This document shows positions 1-9,034 of a stretch of 39,797 bases of DNA, one piece after another; the first letter of the stretch is position 1, and every line of letters starts with the position of its first letter. The notes under the pieces were generated by a model. The model did no database searches, was not told the DNA's origin, and saw nothing but the letters and a program-made list of their open reading frames with translations. The translations under genes and the position numbers were made by a program. The stretch is from Lentisphaeria bacterium (GTDB lineage: Bacteria > Verrucomicrobiota > Lentisphaeria > JABSQK01 > CAJWLW01). The stretch covers positions 11,867 to 51,663 of the forward strand of contig JASLZG010000002.1 of assembly GCA_030754995.1 (NCBI GenBank), read 5' to 3'.

Positions 1-407
1 TAATGCGCAAGGTTCACGCCAGCCGGGCCGGGGCACAACGGTTGCATATCCGGTGGCATCCGGTCATAAATCCCGGGCCATACTGGCTGGTGATCGTCCT
101 CTATCCAGTTGTGCGCCGCACGCGAATGCGTGCACGTCGATCATCGTCTGGCGATGACGTTCTCCCGGGGAGGTCGGTGCCCCCCGGCAGGCCTCGAGAT
201 CGCTCAAGGCCCACCGGTTCCGCAGCAAGTATTGATCATTTAATGTATGCAAATAGTCATTATTTGTACGGAAGCGACAGGTTATAATTCATCTTGGATA
301 CTGGATTTTAAGTTGTAAATATTTAATGCCCAGTGGGTAATGTATATTTCTTGTTTGGGCGGCATGAATCGTTCTATTCTGCAGACAACCAACACAGGAG
401 GTGAACG

Positions 408-2525
408 ATGAATCCGACAACCAGACATTGCAGACGGCCGTTGATCGCCGGCGTGCTGACCTTGGCATGCCTTTTCATGAGTCGGGCAAGCGTGGTCCAC
501 GGCGCCGGGTTGCTGGTGGCGGACGGCGGTTTCGGCGGTGCACTGGAGATTAGCGACCACGAAGTCGAGGTGGTGATCAACAGCGGCATCGCCGTCACCA
601 CGGTGACCCAGGTGTTTCACAACACCGAGGCGCGTCAGGTCGAGGCGCTCTATACTTTTCCAGTGCCGAAGGGTGCATCGGTCTCGAACTTCAGCATGTG
701 GATCGAAGGCAAGGAGATGGTTGGCGAGGTGCTGGAGAAAGAGCGTGCCCGCGAGATCTACGACAGTTACAAGAACCGCGGGGAGGACCCGGGGCTGCTC
801 GAGCAGGTCGATTACAAACGATTCGAGATGCGTGTCTTTCCGATTGCTGCGAACGCCGATCAGAAAGTGCAGATCGTCTATTACCAGGAACTGGATTTCG
901 ATTACAACTGGGCGACCTACCTGTACCCGCTCGAGACCGTCACCCGCACAGAATTATCGGCGAATTCCGCAGAGCGCTTCGCCTTCTCGATACGGGCTGA
1001 ATCGTCGATTGCCGTGTCGAGCGTGGAATGTCCGAGCCATGGTGATGCAGTCGCCTTCAGCCGTCACGACGCGCATCACTTTGCGGCGAGCCTGGAAACT
1101 CGCAACGGCAGCCTCAGCGGTGACCTGATCATCGCCTACAAGCTGGAGCGCCCGCAAACCGGCCTCGATCTGGTCACTTCTCGGCGGGGCGGCGAAGACG
1201 GCTATTTCCAGCTCACCCTGACCGCCGGCGACGTGCTCAGCGAAGCCAGCGACGGCATGGACTACGTCTTCATCACCGATATCTCCGGCAGCATGAACGA
1301 GGCGGGCAAAATGCGCACGGCGAAGCATACGGTCGGTGCCTTTGTCACATCACTGGATGAACGGGACCGGCTGGAGGTGATTGCCTTCAATATAGAGCCG
1401 AAGATGCTGTTCGACACGTTGCAGCCCACCGGTGACGATACCCGCACCGCGGCCCTGCAATTTCTCGACGAACAGAAGCCGCGCGGCTCGACCCTTCTCG
1501 ATCCGGCGATCCGCATGGCCTACCGCTATCGCGAGCCGGGGCGGCAGCTCAACGTCGTCGTCATCAGCGACGGCATGACGAAGACACGAGAGCGCCGGGA
1601 TCTGCTGCAGACGATCGCCCGGCGCCCGGAGAACACGCGGGTCTTCTGCGTCGGCGTCGGCAACGAAGTGAACCGGCCCTTGCTCGAACAGCTTGCCACG
1701 GACACCGGCGGGCTGGCGGCATTTGTGTCGAACCGGGACGACTTCAATCGACAGGCACGCGGCTTCCGGCGGGCTCTGACCCGGCCGGCCGCAGCCAACG
1801 TCAAGATCGATTTTGCGGACATCGCAGTTTACGACGTTGTGCCGCAACAGTTGCCGGACCTGTACTACGGCTCGCCGATCCGGGTGTATGGCCGCTACCG
1901 TGGCAGCGGCGAAGTCAATGTAAAAGTCGGTGCAGACGTGGAAGGGCACACGGTCATTGCCGATGCGCCGTTCGACTTCCCGGCGGTCGACAACGACAAC
2001 CCCGAGCTCGAGCGCATGTGGGCCTGGCACAAGGTTGACATGCTGCTGAAGCAGGCCGATCGCAACGGCACGCGGGCCCGGATTATTCCTGAGATCGTCC
2101 GGCTCGGCGAAGGCTACGGCATCGCTACCGAGTACACGTCATTCCTGGTGCTCGAGAACGACCAGGAGTACCGGCGCTGGAAGATTGCCCGGCACAATGT
2201 CCTGCGGCTCAAACGGGAACGGGCGGCGGAGGAACGAGTGCTGGCGAAGTTCGACGGAATTCGTGACCGCGCCATGGCTGGACTCGGCCCGAACGCGGTC
2301 GACACGCCGCCGGTCGATATCACGCCGGTGCGGCAGACCACAGCGCCGGCGGGAACCCGCCCGGTGCGCCTCCCCACCGAGCCGTCGCAACAACGCCGGC
2401 AGAGCCGCAACATCAGTTTCGGCGGTGGCTCCGGCCCGGTCGGTCTGCTGTTCACTCCGGTAGCGCTGCTGCTGGCATGGCTGAAACGACGCCGGTCCGA
2501 TGACGATGCCGGCGAGCCGTCGTGA
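408..2525 (+). CDS. Secreted VIT + von Willebrand factor A domain protein with a GlyGly-CTERM-type C-terminal sorting signal
   Basis: 705-aa ORF. AGGAGG lies about 7 nt upstream of the ATG at 408. N-terminal signal peptide (...MSRASVVHG/AG). A VIT-like N-terminal region is followed by a VWA fold with the MIDAS motif D-I-S-G-S (VFITDISGSMNEAG). The C-terminus FGGGSGPVGLLFTPVALLLAWLKRRR is Gly-Gly, a TM helix, then a basic cluster. Confidence 0.85.
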   Translation: MNPTTRHCRRPLIAGVLTLACLFMSRASVVHGAGLLVADGGFGGALEISDHEVEVVINSGIAVTTVTQVFHNTEARQVEALYTFPVPKGASVSNFSMWIEGKEMVGEVLEKERAREIYDSYKNRGEDPGLLEQVDYKRFEMRVFPIAANADQKVQIVYYQELDFDYNWATYLYPLETVTRTELSANSAERFAFSIRAESSIAVSSVECPSHGDAVAFSRHDAHHFAASLETRNGSLSGDLIIAYKLERPQTGLDLVTSRRGGEDGYFQLTLTAGDVLSEASDGMDYVFITDISGSMNEAGKMRTAKHTVGAFVTSLDERDRLEVIAFNIEPKMLFDTLQPTGDDTRTAALQFLDEQKPRGSTLLDPAIRMAYRYREPGRQLNVVVISDGMTKTRERRDLLQTIARRPENTRVFCVGVGNEVNRPLLEQLATDTGGLAAFVSNRDDFNRQARGFRRALTRPAAANVKIDFADIAVYDVVPQQLPDLYYGSPIRVYGRYRGSGEVNVKVGADVEGHTVIADAPFDFPAVDNDNPELERMWAWHKVDMLLKQADRNGTRARIIPEIVRLGEGYGIATEYTSFLVLENDQEYRRWKIARHNVLRLKRERAAEERVLAKFDGIRDRAMAGLGPNAVDTPPVDITPVRQTTAPAGTRPVRLPTEPSQQRRQSRNISFGGGSGPVGLLFTPVALLLAWLKRRRSDDDAGEPS

Positions 2526-3187
2526 TGATTGCCGCGGCCATGACAGCGCGCCGCGCCGGCGCCGGGCGTTCCGGGGGTATGATCCGCTGGCACCCGGAGC
2601 TTGTGGTATTTGCCGGCCTGCTGGTCGCTGCCAATCTGCACCTGCTCGGTGTACCGACTGCGGAAGCCCTGGTTTTTCAAGGCGACCGGGTCGTCGCCGG
2701 CGAGTTCTGGCGGCTGTTGACGCATCCCTTCGTGCACGTGAGCTTTTATCATTTGGCGCTGGATGGCGGTGCCTTTTTCCTGTGCTGCATGACCTTGCGC
2801 CAACCGTGCCTGGGCAAGCGTCTGACGGCGATCGTTATCTGCAGTCTCGGCGGTCTTGGCGGTGCCTATCTTTTCGGTTCCGCGACGACGGCCTACGGAT
2901 TCTGCGGACTTTCCGGAGCGGCCCACGGCGTCCTGGCACTATCGACGCTCGAGATGATCTCCGACGAGGATCGAATCAATCGAATAACGGGCTGTGTGTG
3001 TCTGGCAATTCTGATTGGCAAGTGCGTGTACGAACTCATTACGGGGGTGCCGTTCATGGGCGGCCTGCACTTTGGAAATATCGGCGTACCCTTACTCGGT
3101 TCGCACCTGGGTGGTGCGGTTGCCGGCATGATGATCTACGGCCTGTGGAACCGGGGCAGGTGTTCCGTATGGCGTAAAGGCGCCTGA
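2525..3187 (+). CDS. rrtA: Rhombosortase-like rhomboid-family intramembrane serine protease
   Basis: The start ATG at 2525 overlaps the upstream TGA (TGATG); an alternative GTG is at 2522. Multi-TM protein of about 220 aa with rhomboid motifs: FWRLLTHPFVHVSFYHL, the catalytic GxSG (CGLSGAAHGV) and the distal His motif (GSHLGGAVAG). It is adjacent to a GlyGly-CTERM cargo. Confidence 0.72.
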   Translation: MIAAAMTARRAGAGRSGGMIRWHPELVVFAGLLVAANLHLLGVPTAEALVFQGDRVVAGEFWRLLTHPFVHVSFYHLALDGGAFFLCCMTLRQPCLGKRLTAIVICSLGGLGGAYLFGSATTAYGFCGLSGAAHGVLALSTLEMISDEDRINRITGCVCLAILIGKCVYELITGVPFMGGLHFGNIGVPLLGSHLGGAVAGMMIYGLWNRGRCSVWRKGA

Positions 3188-3256
3188 ACATATGGAACCA
3201 AACGGTCGAATGTCGCCGGGCGGTGCCGCCGCGCTGCGAACCGGGCACGGCCGGAC

Positions 3257-5287
3257 TCACGCTCCTGCCCGGTCGATGTATTGCTGTCGCAGGACGCGGC
3301 GCATGACCTTGTTCGAGGCGGTGCGCGGCAGTTTGTCGATGACAACGACGTCGCTGATCTTGAACAGCGGATTCAAGTGCTGCCGGATGGCGGACTGCAT
3401 CGCGATCTGCAAGGCGGAAATATCGACCTGTGAATCGGCGACGGTATACAGGACAAGTTGTGATGGTCCGCCGCCGGCCGGCGTAACGGCGATCGCTGCG
3501 GTCTCGACGACGTGGTCGACCTCGGCAACGATCCGTTCGACTTCCGCCGAACTGGTTTTGATGCCGCCGAGGTTCATGGTGTCGTCGACCCGGCCGTGGG
3601 CGCGGAAATAGCCACCCGGCAACTGCTCGATCTGATCGCCGTGGCGCCGCAGCATGCCGCCGTCGGAGGCGGTCGGGGTGTCGGCAAAGTACACTTCGTG
3701 GTGGTCGCGGTTCAGCAAGGTGTTTGACAAGCCGATGGACGGTGGCACAAGGAACAGCTCGCCGTTGGAGCAGGGCCGGCCGGCGTCGTCGAGGATGACC
3801 GCATCGATACCGAGCGCCAGGGTGTTCATCGTCGCCGGCGACCCTGGGCGGACGACGTTGCCGGTGATGTAGCCGCCGCCGATCTCGGTGCCGCCGCAAT
3901 ATTCGATGACCGGCTTGTAGCCGGCCAGCCACATGAGGTACAGCATGTCTTCGGCATTCGAACATTCACCGGTGGAACTGAAGGCACGGATTTTCGACCA
4001 GTCGCTGTCTTCCATGCAGGCCGTTTCGTGCCAGGTCCGGACCAGGCTGGGAATGACGCCGAGCATGGTGACGCCGGCGTTCTGAACGAAGCGGCCGAAG
4101 CTGGCACCCGACGGGATGCCGTTGTACAGCGCCATGGCGGCACCATTCATCAGGCTGGCGAAGATCAGCCATGGGCCCATCATCCACCCGAGGTTGGTGG
4201 GCCAGGAGACAACGTCACCGGGGTGTATGTCGTGATGAAAGTAGCCGTCGACAGCACACTTGATGGGGGTCGACTGCGTGAACGGTATGGCTTTCGGGTC
4301 GCCGGTCGTACCGGATGAAAAGAGAATGTTGACGGGTGTTTCGGGCGTCGAAGCGACTGCCTCGAAACAATCGTCGTCGGGGAGAAAATCGCCCCAACTG
4401 CAATCGCCATTGCGCAGATCGACAGCAAGCGCCGCACCTGTGGCGGTGACGATTGCCGGCGGTGCATCGGAGTCGACGACACGCTGGTACAACGGCAGGG
4501 ATTTGCCGGCGCGGGCGATGACGTCCTGGGTAAAAATCGCCTTGGCTTCGCCGATGCGCACACGAACGGCGATTTCGCCGGCAGCGAAACTGTCGGCGAT
4601 GGAAACGACAACGCCGCCCATCTTGATGATGCCGAGGTAGATGGCGACGGATTCAGCGGTCATTGGCATATCGACGGCAATGGCATCGCCGGCCGCGAGC
4701 CCCATTGCCGCGAGGCCGTTCGCGACGCGGTTGACCAGGGCTTCGAGCTCGGCCACGGTCCAGCTCTGCAGGGGGCCGTCCTCGCCCTGGAAGATGATCG
4801 CCGGTGCCTCCGGGGCATGCGCGAAGCAACTGTCGGTAATGTTCATCTCCGCACCGGGCAGCCAGCGTGGCGTCTCAATGCCGGAAGCAGCATCGACGAC
4901 GGCGTCATATGGCTGGCGGAAGCGGACGCCGACGAGCTCGATGGCGCGGGCCCAGAACTCGTTGCGGTTGGTGACAGACCAGCGGTGCAGCGCCTCGCTG
5001 CTGTCGAGCCCGAGTTGCTGCTGCAGTTGCGTGATGTTGGCGGTGGCAATGTCGCCAGGTGCCGGTGACCAGGCGGCGGGCGGGCCGGCATCGGCATTGG
5101 CGTGGCTGAAAATTTCCTGGTACACGGCCCGATGCACTGCGAACGGTTCACCGGCTTGCAACAGCGCCGCACCCGCCTGCTGCCAGCGTACCGCGGGTAC
5201 GGACGGCAGGCCGTCGAGGTGCTTGGCCCAGTACTGCGCCTTGTCCGGCGTCAGTCCGGACTGTATTAGTGACTGCTTCGTTGTCAT
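3257..5287 (-). CDS. AMP-dependent synthetase/ligase (acyl-CoA synthetase family)
   Basis: AMP-binding motif SSGTTGDPKAI and C-terminal motif GRVDDTMNLGGIK. GGAGGG lies 9 nt upstream of the ATG at 5287 (MTTKQS...). The longer ORF to 5359 has no comparable RBS. Confidence 0.85.
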   Translation of the reverse strand: MTTKQSLIQSGLTPDKAQYWAKHLDGLPSVPAVRWQQAGAALLQAGEPFAVHRAVYQEIFSHANADAGPPAAWSPAPGDIATANITQLQQQLGLDSSEALHRWSVTNRNEFWARAIELVGVRFRQPYDAVVDAASGIETPRWLPGAEMNITDSCFAHAPEAPAIIFQGEDGPLQSWTVAELEALVNRVANGLAAMGLAAGDAIAVDMPMTAESVAIYLGIIKMGGVVVSIADSFAAGEIAVRVRIGEAKAIFTQDVIARAGKSLPLYQRVVDSDAPPAIVTATGAALAVDLRNGDCSWGDFLPDDDCFEAVASTPETPVNILFSSGTTGDPKAIPFTQSTPIKCAVDGYFHHDIHPGDVVSWPTNLGWMMGPWLIFASLMNGAAMALYNGIPSGASFGRFVQNAGVTMLGVIPSLVRTWHETACMEDSDWSKIRAFSSTGECSNAEDMLYLMWLAGYKPVIEYCGGTEIGGGYITGNVVRPGSPATMNTLALGIDAVILDDAGRPCSNGELFLVPPSIGLSNTLLNRDHHEVYFADTPTASDGGMLRRHGDQIEQLPGGYFRAHGRVDDTMNLGGIKTSSAEVERIVAEVDHVVETAAIAVTPAGGGPSQLVLYTVADSQVDISALQIAMQSAIRQHLNPLFKISDVVVIDKLPRTASNKVMRRVLRQQYIDRAGA

Positions 5288-5330
5288 GCTTCGACGCCCT
5301 CCGCTCCGATTCGTTTCCTGAACAAGGTAG

Positions 5331-6539
5331 TTGATTTTGCCGATGCCTGCCAATTCCATGCGCTATTTGGTATTTCTGTTTCCGTTGCTGGCGGATGTGA
5401 CGATTGCCTGCTTCTTTTTTGGCATGCCGGTGCGGGCCAGCTACCTGGGGCTGACGGACACTGCCACCGGCTGGTTGTTTACGGTTTTCAACGTGACCTA
5501 TATCTTCACAGCGTCCGTTGTCGTCCGCTGGGGCCACGGCCGGATGTCGCTACTGCTGCTGCTGAGTGCCGGCGCACCGGCGTTGCTGGCGCTGCTTTTT
5601 TTGATCAACGATACGGCATGGCCACTGGCGATTGCGATGGCCGGGCTGGCGATATCGTCGAGCACTTTTTTTATCTGTTTCCAGTTGAAGATGGGGTCGG
5701 CGACCAGCATGCATCCGCAGTACAGCGCGGCCTGGTATGCGTTTGCCTGGTCGACAGGCATGGCGATCGGGCTTCTACTGCAGGGCGTCGTGTCGAGCCC
5801 GGGCAACTCCTGGTTTATTGTACCGATGATGATCATGCCGCTGATCGTCGTTGCGCTGCTGCTGCTTTGCCGGGACCGCCTGCAGGCCGTGGTGGTTGCC
5901 GGGGAGGCGGATGGCGGCCTGGCCCACGACCCGCGCTACGTGTTGATCGGCCGCATCAGCATCGTCACCGCGTCGATTGTGATATTCGGCTGCATCGGCA
6001 TTCTGCCGAAGGTCGGGCTGGAGGAGCTGGATATCAGCACGATGACGATGGGCGTGATGCTGTTTCTCAGCCGCATGGCACAGGCGATCTCGGCGCTCGT
6101 TTGCATGGTGTATACACGCTGGCTGTACAATCCTGTGTGGTTGACCGTGGCCAATATCCTGGGGCTTCTCGGTTTTGTACTGGCGGCGGTGAACGGCAGC
6201 AATGCCGTGTTGTTTTGTCTCGGGCTCTGTATTGCCGGCATTTTCGGCGGGGTATGTTTTTACCAGGCAGTGGTCTATGCGATCATGGATCCGGCGGCGG
6301 CGTCGCGCCACGTGGCGTGCAATGAGATACTGGTCGGCGTCGGGGCAGTGGCCGGTTCACTGCTGGCGGGTTATGCGGCGGAGTTGCTGGGGGCCCGGGG
6401 CCTGCTGCTGGCGGCGGCGGCGGTCATCGGCGTCGCGATGGTCATCGAAATGCTGGTTCTGTCACGCGGCACCGGACGCGCCGCACAGTACTATTCCTGC
6501 GGCGCCGGTGCGTTGGGCGTGAAGCGGTCGTCGAAGTAG
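5331..6539 (+). CDS. Polytopic membrane protein, MFS-transporter-like
   Basis: About 400 aa that is almost entirely hydrophobic helices (about 12 by eye). It is divergent from the acyl-CoA synthetase. The start is uncertain (TTG 5331, ATG 5343 or ATG 5358). Confidence 0.6.
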   Translation: MILPMPANSMRYLVFLFPLLADVTIACFFFGMPVRASYLGLTDTATGWLFTVFNVTYIFTASVVVRWGHGRMSLLLLLSAGAPALLALLFLINDTAWPLAIAMAGLAISSSTFFICFQLKMGSATSMHPQYSAAWYAFAWSTGMAIGLLLQGVVSSPGNSWFIVPMMIMPLIVVALLLLCRDRLQAVVVAGEADGGLAHDPRYVLIGRISIVTASIVIFGCIGILPKVGLEELDISTMTMGVMLFLSRMAQAISALVCMVYTRWLYNPVWLTVANILGLLGFVLAAVNGSNAVLFCLGLCIAGIFGGVCFYQAVVYAIMDPAAASRHVACNEILVGVGAVAGSLLAGYAAELLGARGLLLAAAAVIGVAMVIEMLVLSRGTGRAAQYYSCGAGALGVKRSSK

Positions 6540-7687
6540 TTGACTTCGGCGGAAGACACCAGTTCCTTGAATAATTCATTCCGCAGCTCACGAGCTTTGT
6601 GGGCCCGCAGGAGCGTCGTAATTTCGGCGTGGACGGCCTGCCTGCCTTTTTTGCGCTCGAGTTTCGCGGCGAACCGGTCCGGGTTTGCCGCGAGATATTG
6701 GTCGATAGCGGCCGCCTCGATCCTGATCTTCTGCAGGTTCTCCTCGGTGTTTTTCTTCACGTAGGTTTGGATCAGCAGGTGACGTTCCGGGTCGAATCCG
6801 GTCCGCGCCGGTGCTTCGAAGCCGTCGCTATCGGCTTTTGCGGCGACGAAATGATTCTGCAGCAGGTTGAGCATTGAGATGCGGGCGTTGGGAATGACCT
6901 GCGGCGTATCGGACATGGTGACCGGATAGAGGTCTTTGGCGGTCAATTCTTGCTTGCCGATCTCGATTTTCACGGCGAAGAGCGCATCAAAATACGCTTT
7001 CACTTCGCTGCCACTTGCACCGCGGACCGGCTCCTCGGCCCCGGCACGCTGGTGGATCAATTCCCACAGATCTTCCCTTTCGCCGGCGCGGTGCGTGCGG
7101 TTGATGAAGCTGGCTTTAACAATGTCAGCCGATACGGCCTTGCCGGCGACGTTGAAGTTGAATTCGGTGAGTGCTTCATCGATGAGCTCGGCAAACTGGT
7201 CCGACTGTTGTTGCATGGCGATGCGGCGTCGGATTGAAATGAGGGCGGAACGTTCCTCCATCTCGGCGAACTCCCCGGCGTGAGCAGCGTAGTATGCCTC
7301 TGCTTCGGCTTTGACCGCATTGACGTTGTCCTGGCTGCGGGCCGGGATGCGCTGGCGCAGGTATGCGGTGGCCCTGGTGACGACGAGGGAGCGGGCAACC
7401 TGGGTTCGTGTGGCATTGATCTGTGCCCGAAAATTGGGATCATCAGGGATACCGGCGGCGGTGGCCTTTTGGGCAATGACCTCGTTGGTAACAACGCGGG
7501 GCAGGATATCCCGGATGAGTTTGGCTCGCTGACTGGCGGTAAATTTCTGCTGAAAACCGCCAAGGACAGTACTTTCGCGAATTTCGACGCCATTGACGGT
7601 AGCGAGTACAGGGTCATCTCCAGCCGTGAGCTGAAACGGCCACAAGGCAGCGACAGCGGCAATAACGGCCAGCTTGAAATGACACAT
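6491..7687 (-). CDS. Secreted hypothetical protein, SurA N-terminal-domain-like (no parvulin motif seen)
   Basis: GGAGAG RBS before the ATG at 7687. Signal peptide MCHFKLAVIAAVAALWPFQLTAG. The N-terminus LATVNGVEIRESTV resembles SurA/PpiD chaperone N-domains. The rest is helical, and no PPIase signature is recognisable. Confidence 0.6.
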   Translation of the reverse strand: MCHFKLAVIAAVAALWPFQLTAGDDPVLATVNGVEIRESTVLGGFQQKFTASQRAKLIRDILPRVVTNEVIAQKATAAGIPDDPNFRAQINATRTQVARSLVVTRATAYLRQRIPARSQDNVNAVKAEAEAYYAAHAGEFAEMEERSALISIRRRIAMQQQSDQFAELIDEALTEFNFNVAGKAVSADIVKASFINRTHRAGEREDLWELIHQRAGAEEPVRGASGSEVKAYFDALFAVKIEIGKQELTAKDLYPVTMSDTPQVIPNARISMLNLLQNHFVAAKADSDGFEAPARTGFDPERHLLIQTYVKKNTEENLQKIRIEAAAIDQYLAANPDRFAAKLERKKGRQAVHAEITTLLRAHKARELRNELFKELVSSAEVNYFDDRFTPNAPAPQE

Positions 7688-7876
7688 TTTAACTCTCCGT
7701 GATCAATGCTGCTCATGGGCACAGCGGTCCCCTGGGGCCGTGTTTTAAGCGGGCGAAAATTAGTTCTGGGTGGCAGAATTACAAGGTGCGCGCATATTCC
7801 CTACCGCCCAGCGAACGGCCAAGACCCCGCGCGAGAAAATCCCCGGACACATGACTGACAAGCCGTAGAGCCCCCA

Positions 7877-8977
7877 ATGACACACTCCAGACTTGATCGT
7901 TCACAGATACGTATGAAGCCTTTGGCAGAGCGTGCCAACAAGCGGTGCATCGAGGCGGACTGCATCATGCCCAACACCAGGCCGACGGGGCTTGACGACG
8001 ACACTGCCGCCGCTGTCGGGGCCACGGCCGAGCGCATTCGCAAGGCCCGGGGGACCGGGGACCCGGTCATAATGAGTTTCGGCGCCCACACCATCAAGAA
8101 CTGTCTGTCACCGGTTCTGATTGAATTGATGGGGGGCGGCTGGATTTCTCACCTGGCGACCAACGGTGCCGGCATCATCCACGACTGGGAGTTCGCTTGG
8201 CAGGGGCAAAGCAGCGAGGACGTCCGGGTCAATGTTGAGCGTGGCGAGTTCGGTAATTGGCAGGAGACCGGTTATTACATCAACCTGGCCCTCGTTGTGG
8301 GGGCTTACCTGGACCAGGGCTACGGTGAGGCAGTCGGTAAAATGATCGAGGACGAGGGCTTGGAGATCCCCGACGCCGCTTCGCTGGCGGCGATCGTGCG
8401 CGAGCGTGTCGATGATGAGCCAGAGGGCGCCGCGGCTGCCGCTGATCTCTTGTCAGCTGTACGCCGTTTCGACCTGTCGCCGGGCCTCCTGGAGGTGCCG
8501 CATCCGTGGAAGCGTTTCAGTGTGCAGGCAGCGGCATCCCGGCTCGGCATTCCGTTTACCGGCCACCCGATGATCGGGCACGACATCATCTACAATCACC
8601 CGATGAACCATGGCGGTGCCGTGGGGCGCACGGCGCTGCGGGATTTTCTGACTTTCGCGGCGTCGGTCAGCCAAATCGGTGCCGGCGTTTATCTTTCTGT
8701 CGGCTCAGCCGTCATGTCACCGATGGTTTTCGAAAAATCGATGTCGATGGCTCAGAACCTGGCTTTGCAGGAGGGGCGTCATCTCGACACTCATCACATA
8801 GTCGTAGTAGATATCGCGCCGTCGCGCTGGGACTGGCGGCAGGGGGAACCGCCGGAGGACAATCCGGATTACTATCTGCGATACAACAAGACGTTCAGCC
8901 GCATGGGCGGCACCATGCAATACCTCAACGCCGACAACCGCGATTTCCTGCTGGCACTTTGTCAGGCACTGGCGTGA
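7877..8977 (+). CDS. Conserved hypothetical protein, possibly deoxyhypusine-synthase-like fold
   Basis: 366-aa ORF. Three segments line up by eye with remembered DHS motifs. VIMSFGAHTIKNCLSPVLIELMGGGWISHLATNGAGIIHDWE matches VFLGYTSNLISSG...VLVTTAGGVEEDLIK. IPFTGHPMIGHDIIY matches IPVFSPALTDGSLGD. YLSVGSAV matches ILGGGVVK. Start not resolved. Confidence 0.45.
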   Translation: MTHSRLDRSQIRMKPLAERANKRCIEADCIMPNTRPTGLDDDTAAAVGATAERIRKARGTGDPVIMSFGAHTIKNCLSPVLIELMGGGWISHLATNGAGIIHDWEFAWQGQSSEDVRVNVERGEFGNWQETGYYINLALVVGAYLDQGYGEAVGKMIEDEGLEIPDAASLAAIVRERVDDEPEGAAAAADLLSAVRRFDLSPGLLEVPHPWKRFSVQAAASRLGIPFTGHPMIGHDIIYNHPMNHGGAVGRTALRDFLTFAASVSQIGAGVYLSVGSAVMSPMVFEKSMSMAQNLALQEGRHLDTHHIVVVDIAPSRWDWRQGEPPEDNPDYYLRYNKTFSRMGGTMQYLNADNRDFLLALCQALA

Positions 8978-9034
8978 GATTTGGCGCCGTGATCGCGAAG
9001 GGGGGGGCGGGCTATTCGGCGGCGGAAGGCATGC

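Noticed and set aside
3-287. A 94-aa ORF at the left edge, and the 62-aa antisense ORF at 64-252.
   Set aside because: They are Arg-rich with no RBS and no recognisable motif. The region 240-400 looks like an AT-rich promoter region for the VIT-VWA gene, including a perfect TATAAT at 283-288. A minus-strand frame is open to the window edge but covers only about 20-45 codons, which is too little to call.
328-355. TAATGTATATT, identical to the centre of the E. coli dif site. It was of interest because a Xer recombinase is encoded in the window.
   Set aside because: Only the central region matches. The flanking XerC and XerD binding arms (GGTGCGCATAA / TTATGTTAAAT) do not match (2/8 and 1/9 by eye), and the arms are the conserved part of dif.
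7768-7790. TGGCAGaattaCAAGG, considered as a possible sigma-54 promoter in the divergent region upstream of the DHS-like gene.
   Set aside because: The -12 element lacks the GC dinucleotide at the required spacing.
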